64,000 nt of DNA, from contig JAVJNR010000005.1 in assembly GCA_040217195.1 (NCBI GenBank), forward strand, positions 160,001 to 224,000, given 5' to 3'. The notes beneath the pieces were generated by a model, which had not been told where the DNA came from, made no database searches, and saw nothing but the letters and a program-made list of their open reading frames with translations. Both the position numbers and the translations under genes were made by a program. The first letter of the stretch is position 1. Every line of letters begins with the position of its first letter. This document shows positions 60,716-64,000 of the stretch, one piece after another. The stretch comes from Leptospiraceae bacterium (GTDB taxonomy: Bacteria > Spirochaetota > Leptospiria > Leptospirales > Leptonemataceae).

Positions 60716-60903
60716 CCACCTCCAACGAATCGGATTACTTCCAGTTTGTCCTCTTCCAGAAGTTTTGTGGCCTCCCAGGTCTCCCGACGAACAATCTCTC
60801 CATTTTTTTCCACGGCAACGGTTCTTGGATCCAGGCCCAGGGATTTAATGAAGTCCATGAGATTCTCTGAATCCACAGGATGTTTTTCACCATTAACGAT
60901 CAT
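60712..60903 (-). CDS. thiS: Sulfur carrier protein ThiS
   Basis: VAVEKNGEIV...LEVIRFVGGG with C-terminal GG. Confidence 0.95.
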   Translation of the reverse strand: MIVNGEKHPVDSENLMDFIKSLGLDPRTVAVEKNGEIVRRETWEATKLLEEDKLEVIRFVGGG

Positions 60904-61010
60904 CTACCTCAAACAAGAAAATGAGATAGGAACTCAGCAATACAAATTTGTTTGCCTGGTAGCCTTCCAGGAATAGAAATGACTGACCGTTACACGGAAT
61001 TGAGGTATCC

Positions 61011-61808
61011 ATGCACAGAAACGCACTCTTAACCCTTTCTACTTACCTGATTTTTTCAGTCTTTTTCCTGCTCTCCAGTTCCCCCATTCTTTCAGAAGAA
61101 CCTCCAGAGCAGAACAATACCGAGGAGGCTACTCAGACATCTGAGCAATCCCCTCCTGCGGAAGAAAAAGGCGAAGCAGAAAATGAAACATCCGGTTCCG
61201 TTCTGGATCTATTGATCAAGGGCGGTTACACAATGATCGGACTTTTATTGATTTCTACTATTATAGCGGCTTTCGCTCTGGAAAGGTACTTCTTCTTTCG
61301 CAGAAACAAACTGAATGCAAAGGGATACTTTGATAGAATCCAACAGGCCCTGCAATCCGGCGGGTTGGATGCACTGGAAAAAGAAATACAATCCGATGAT
61401 TTATTCCTCAGTCGTATATTGAAGGATGGACTGAAGCGTCGAAGTCATGGGCGCCGGGAAGTAGAGAAAGCTATTGAAACCTCGGCCACTGTAGAAATCG
61501 GGAAGCTGGAGCGTGGTTTGAACCTGCTGTCCAATCTGGGTAACCTGGCCCCTTTGCTGGGATTCTTTGGTACAGTAGTGGGAATGCGCGCAAGCTTTCT
61601 TCAATTCGTAGAAAAAGCGGCCCCTACAGCTCGTGACCTGGCAGTGGGAGTGGAAGAAGCTTTAATTACCACGGCCACAGGTCTGTTTATAGCCATGCCA
61701 ACGTATTTGATATACAATCTGTTTATTTACAACATCGACTCGGTTTCCATTGAACTGGAACGCTGCACTGCTGCGGTTCTGAACGCTGTGGACGATGAGA
61801 ACGGTTAA
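61011..61808 (+). CDS. exbB: MotA/TolQ/ExbB proton channel protein
   Basis: APLLGFFGTVVGM, GVEEALITTATGL. Confidence 0.9.
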   Translation: MHRNALLTLSTYLIFSVFFLLSSSPILSEEPPEQNNTEEATQTSEQSPPAEEKGEAENETSGSVLDLLIKGGYTMIGLLLISTIIAAFALERYFFFRRNKLNAKGYFDRIQQALQSGGLDALEKEIQSDDLFLSRILKDGLKRRSHGRREVEKAIETSATVEIGKLERGLNLLSNLGNLAPLLGFFGTVVGMRASFLQFVEKAAPTARDLAVGVEEALITTATGLFIAMPTYLIYNLFIYNIDSVSIELERCTAAVLNAVDDENG

Positions 61809-62215
61809 TGCGAATCAGACGAAAAAGCAGAGAAGCAGATGAGATTCCACTGTCCAGTACGGCGGATATAGCATTTCTGCTAATCGTATTCTTTCTGGCT
61901 GCAAGTGCACTTTTGGAAATGCGTGGTGTGGCCATACCTCTGCCAAAGAAGGATGCTCCTCCCATGGAAATAGAGGAGAAGAATCTTTTTCGCGTGGATA
62001 TTAACAATGCAGGTCAGTATGTCCACGATGGAAAATCAGTGGAACTGGAACAGTTGAAACAGGATACGCAAAACGCTTTCACGGAAAATAAAGACCTGGT
62101 GGTGGTGATTCGACCTTTCCCGGACGCACCAACAGGCAGTGTACCCAGACTGATTCGCATGCTTCAGGAGCTAAAGATCCAGAGAGTCTCTCTGGCAATG
62201 AAGAAGGGAAAATGA
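61808..62215 (+). CDS. exbD: ExbD/TolR protein
   Basis: EIPLSSTADIAFLLIVFF (conserved Asp). Confidence 0.9.
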   Translation: MRIRRKSREADEIPLSSTADIAFLLIVFFLAASALLEMRGVAIPLPKKDAPPMEIEEKNLFRVDINNAGQYVHDGKSVELEQLKQDTQNAFTENKDLVVVIRPFPDAPTGSVPRLIRMLQELKIQRVSLAMKKGK

Positions 62216-62270
62216 AAATTTACCGGTCTACATACCAGGGCTTTCGCCTGGGAGGCGCAAAGTTTCACCT

Positions 62271-62693
62271 ATGAAATTTAGAAAGCGCAGAAAAGGAGAA
62301 AGCATACCTCTGGCGGCCATGGGCGACATAGCCTTCTTGCTTCTTGTATTTTATATGGCCACAACCATGGTAACCGATCAAAAGCCCCGAGAGGTGGACG
62401 TTCCCGCGGCCGAAAGTCCATCCCAGGCCAGTCCATTCCCTCTTATTATCTATGTAGATAAAAACCTGGGCGATAAGAATCTGGCCTTCTTCTTCAATGA
62501 AACTGTTGCCATATCCCAGCTTCCATCCCTGGTCCGTCAGAAGGCCAGGGAGGCGCCCGGTCCAGTCCGAGTCTATTTGAGTATTTCCAGGGATCTGCCC
62601 TATCGCACCATGGATTCAGTTATCCAACGGTTAAAAGATGCAGGGATAGAAAACCTGGTAATTACCACCAGGGAAGGAGGCTCGTCTGACTGA
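62271..62693 (+). CDS. exbD: Second ExbD/TolR protein
   Basis: SIPLAAMGDIAFLLLVFYM. Confidence 0.88.
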   Translation: MKFRKRRKGESIPLAAMGDIAFLLLVFYMATTMVTDQKPREVDVPAAESPSQASPFPLIIYVDKNLGDKNLAFFFNETVAISQLPSLVRQKAREAPGPVRVYLSISRDLPYRTMDSVIQRLKDAGIENLVITTREGGSSD

Positions 62694-63324
62694 GCTGGCC
62701 ATAGATATTCGGGACCGTATAGCCGCCCGGACAGGTAACTGGACTCTAAAAGAGTGGCTCGGTGCCGGCTTTGCAGTACAGGTGCTGGGACTGGTATTCT
62801 ATCAGTTAATGCTCTGGGTTATTCCGGAACCGGAAAAGGAAATCGCAGAATTTACCATGGATCCCGGTATGAGTTTTGTGGAATATCAGGAGCCTACCCA
62901 GGCCGATCTTTCCAGTACCAAAGAGCTCTCCGAAGAGATCATAGAATCCAAAAAGGAACAGGATGAACAGATTAACTGGACCAACGCCGCCAATCCAGGA
63001 GCTGATTTCTCAAACAGGTATTCAGCCCAGTTCGCAGTAACCGTATCTGCCAGTGATTATCCAGCTTCCGCAGCCCGGGCCGGCGCTGGAACGGTAACCG
63101 TGCGTGCTCAGTTGCTGGTTTTGCCCAATGGCCGGATTGGAGATGTTCGCATACAGAATGTGCGCTTCAGCAACCCGGTGGGCGAGGATTACAGAAACGA
63201 ATTTATTGCCAAGGCCCGACAGATCTTGCTCACCAGGGCCCGGCTGGTATCGCCTCCCTACACGGAAAATGGTAAACCTGCCAAGTTCATCTGGACAAAA
63301 GTGATTCAGTTCACCCTTCCCTGA
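62686..63324 (+). CDS. tonB: TonB-like energy transducer (probable CTG start at 62686)
   Basis: TM, acidic linker and TonB_C-like YPASAARAG.GTVTV..LVLPNGRI; follows exbBDD. Confidence 0.7.
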   Translation: MTELAIDIRDRIAARTGNWTLKEWLGAGFAVQVLGLVFYQLMLWVIPEPEKEIAEFTMDPGMSFVEYQEPTQADLSSTKELSEEIIESKKEQDEQINWTNAANPGADFSNRYSAQFAVTVSASDYPASAARAGAGTVTVRAQLLVLPNGRIGDVRIQNVRFSNPVGEDYRNEFIAKARQILLTRARLVSPPYTENGKPAKFIWTKVIQFTLP

Positions 63325-63326
63325 GA

Positions 63327-64000
63327 ATGAATTTCTACTTTCTAGTTACCGGCCTGTCTGTTGTACTGATCCCGCTTTCCGTTACCGGTAGCCAGAGTCT
63401 GATGGCACTGTCTCTCATAATCGGAGTGTTTCTCTATTTTCGAACATTGGCTTCGCGTAGCCCGCAAATCCTGGACCCAACCAGTTCAGACCCGATTGAT
63501 CACAGGAATATTTCCTGGATCCAGAGTTTAGTTCGCAAATGGGTTTTTGAAAAGACCGGCCCTGGTGCTGGATTCGCTTCAACACTGGGCTGGCTGCTTT
63601 TTATCTGGCTTCTGCTGGTCTATTTGATTCGAAGTGCTCAATTCTTTGCGAGCGAAGCCTCACTATTCGATCCCAGACCCTATCACAATGAATTAACAGA
63701 TTTTTTCCTCTTTTTATTCGCTGCCCTGGCATTCTATCAGTTCCAGAGAATCTATCCAGGCGCCCGGAAAGACCGACAATTCGAATCCCGCAGCCCGGCC
63801 AATGCTATATACCTGGTAGTTACCGCATTTTCTATTATCGTAGTGCTTTCAGGTATTGGTGCTGTATTTTCAGAGATACGGCTATCCAAGCTTTTTACGG
63901 GTTACGGCGCCGATTTCCATGCAGGCAATCGACCGCAGTTTCTGTTTCGCACAGTAGGAGACCTGCAGCTTTATCGCCCCATCGGATTCATGAATACTAG
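63327..64000 (+). CDS. O-antigen ligase-like membrane protein, 3'-truncated
   Basis: Open from ATG 63327 to the window end (absent from the ORF track); multiple TMs, ...LYRPIGFMNT. Confidence 0.55.
   Translation, partial: MNFYFLVTGLSVVLIPLSVTGSQSLMALSLIIGVFLYFRTLASRSPQILDPTSSDPIDHRNISWIQSLVRKWVFEKTGPGAGFASTLGWLLFIWLLLVYLIRSAQFFASEASLFDPRPYHNELTDFFLFLFAALAFYQFQRIYPGARKDRQFESRSPANAIYLVVTAFSIIVVLSGIGAVFSEIRLSKLFTGYGADFHAGNRPQFLFRTVGDLQLYRPIGFMNT

Noticed and set aside
60904..61010. TPP riboswitch upstream of thiS-thiE
   Set aside because: No CTGAGA core or TPP aptamer architecture on the minus strand.
1..64000. Prophage, IS, integron, tRNA/rRNA or defence island
   Set aside because: No integrase, transposase, nuclease or phage structural motifs, no cloverleaf or rRNA signatures, and no obvious compositional break by eye.

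Overview
Gene-dense bacterial chromosomal window with about 55 CDS and no rRNA, tRNA, CRISPR array, integrase or transposase visible. Gene content (FlcA-like flagellar collar protein, FapA, spirochaete-style lipoproteins, FecR-domain exported protein, O-antigen-ligase-like gene) suggests a Leptospiraceae-like spirochaete; this is inference. It is mostly core genome: hisZ-purA, a complete Na+-NQR locus (nqrABCDEF-apbE plus a convergent nqrM), recA-argC, ktrAB, rel/spoT, aroA, hisI, hemB, thiES and exbBDD-tonB. I see no unmistakable new defence or mobile system. Best leads: (i) a metallopeptidase/beta-propeller/Omp85 fusion head-to-head (34 bp apart) with an AsmA/TamB-like gene; (ii) a MarR module with three 18-bp palindromic operators, two flanking a leader with alternative pairings; (iii) a 33-bp tandem repeat in the acidic cytoplasmic region of the FlcA-like protein, next to a CBM48/M23 pair; (iv) Na+-NQR plus KtrAB in a probable Leptospiraceae; (v) a likely CTG start for tonB; (vi) a STAS/Zn-ribbon gene translationally coupled to murJ; (vii) a structured recA leader. 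All product calls come from recognising motifs by eye, with no database searches.
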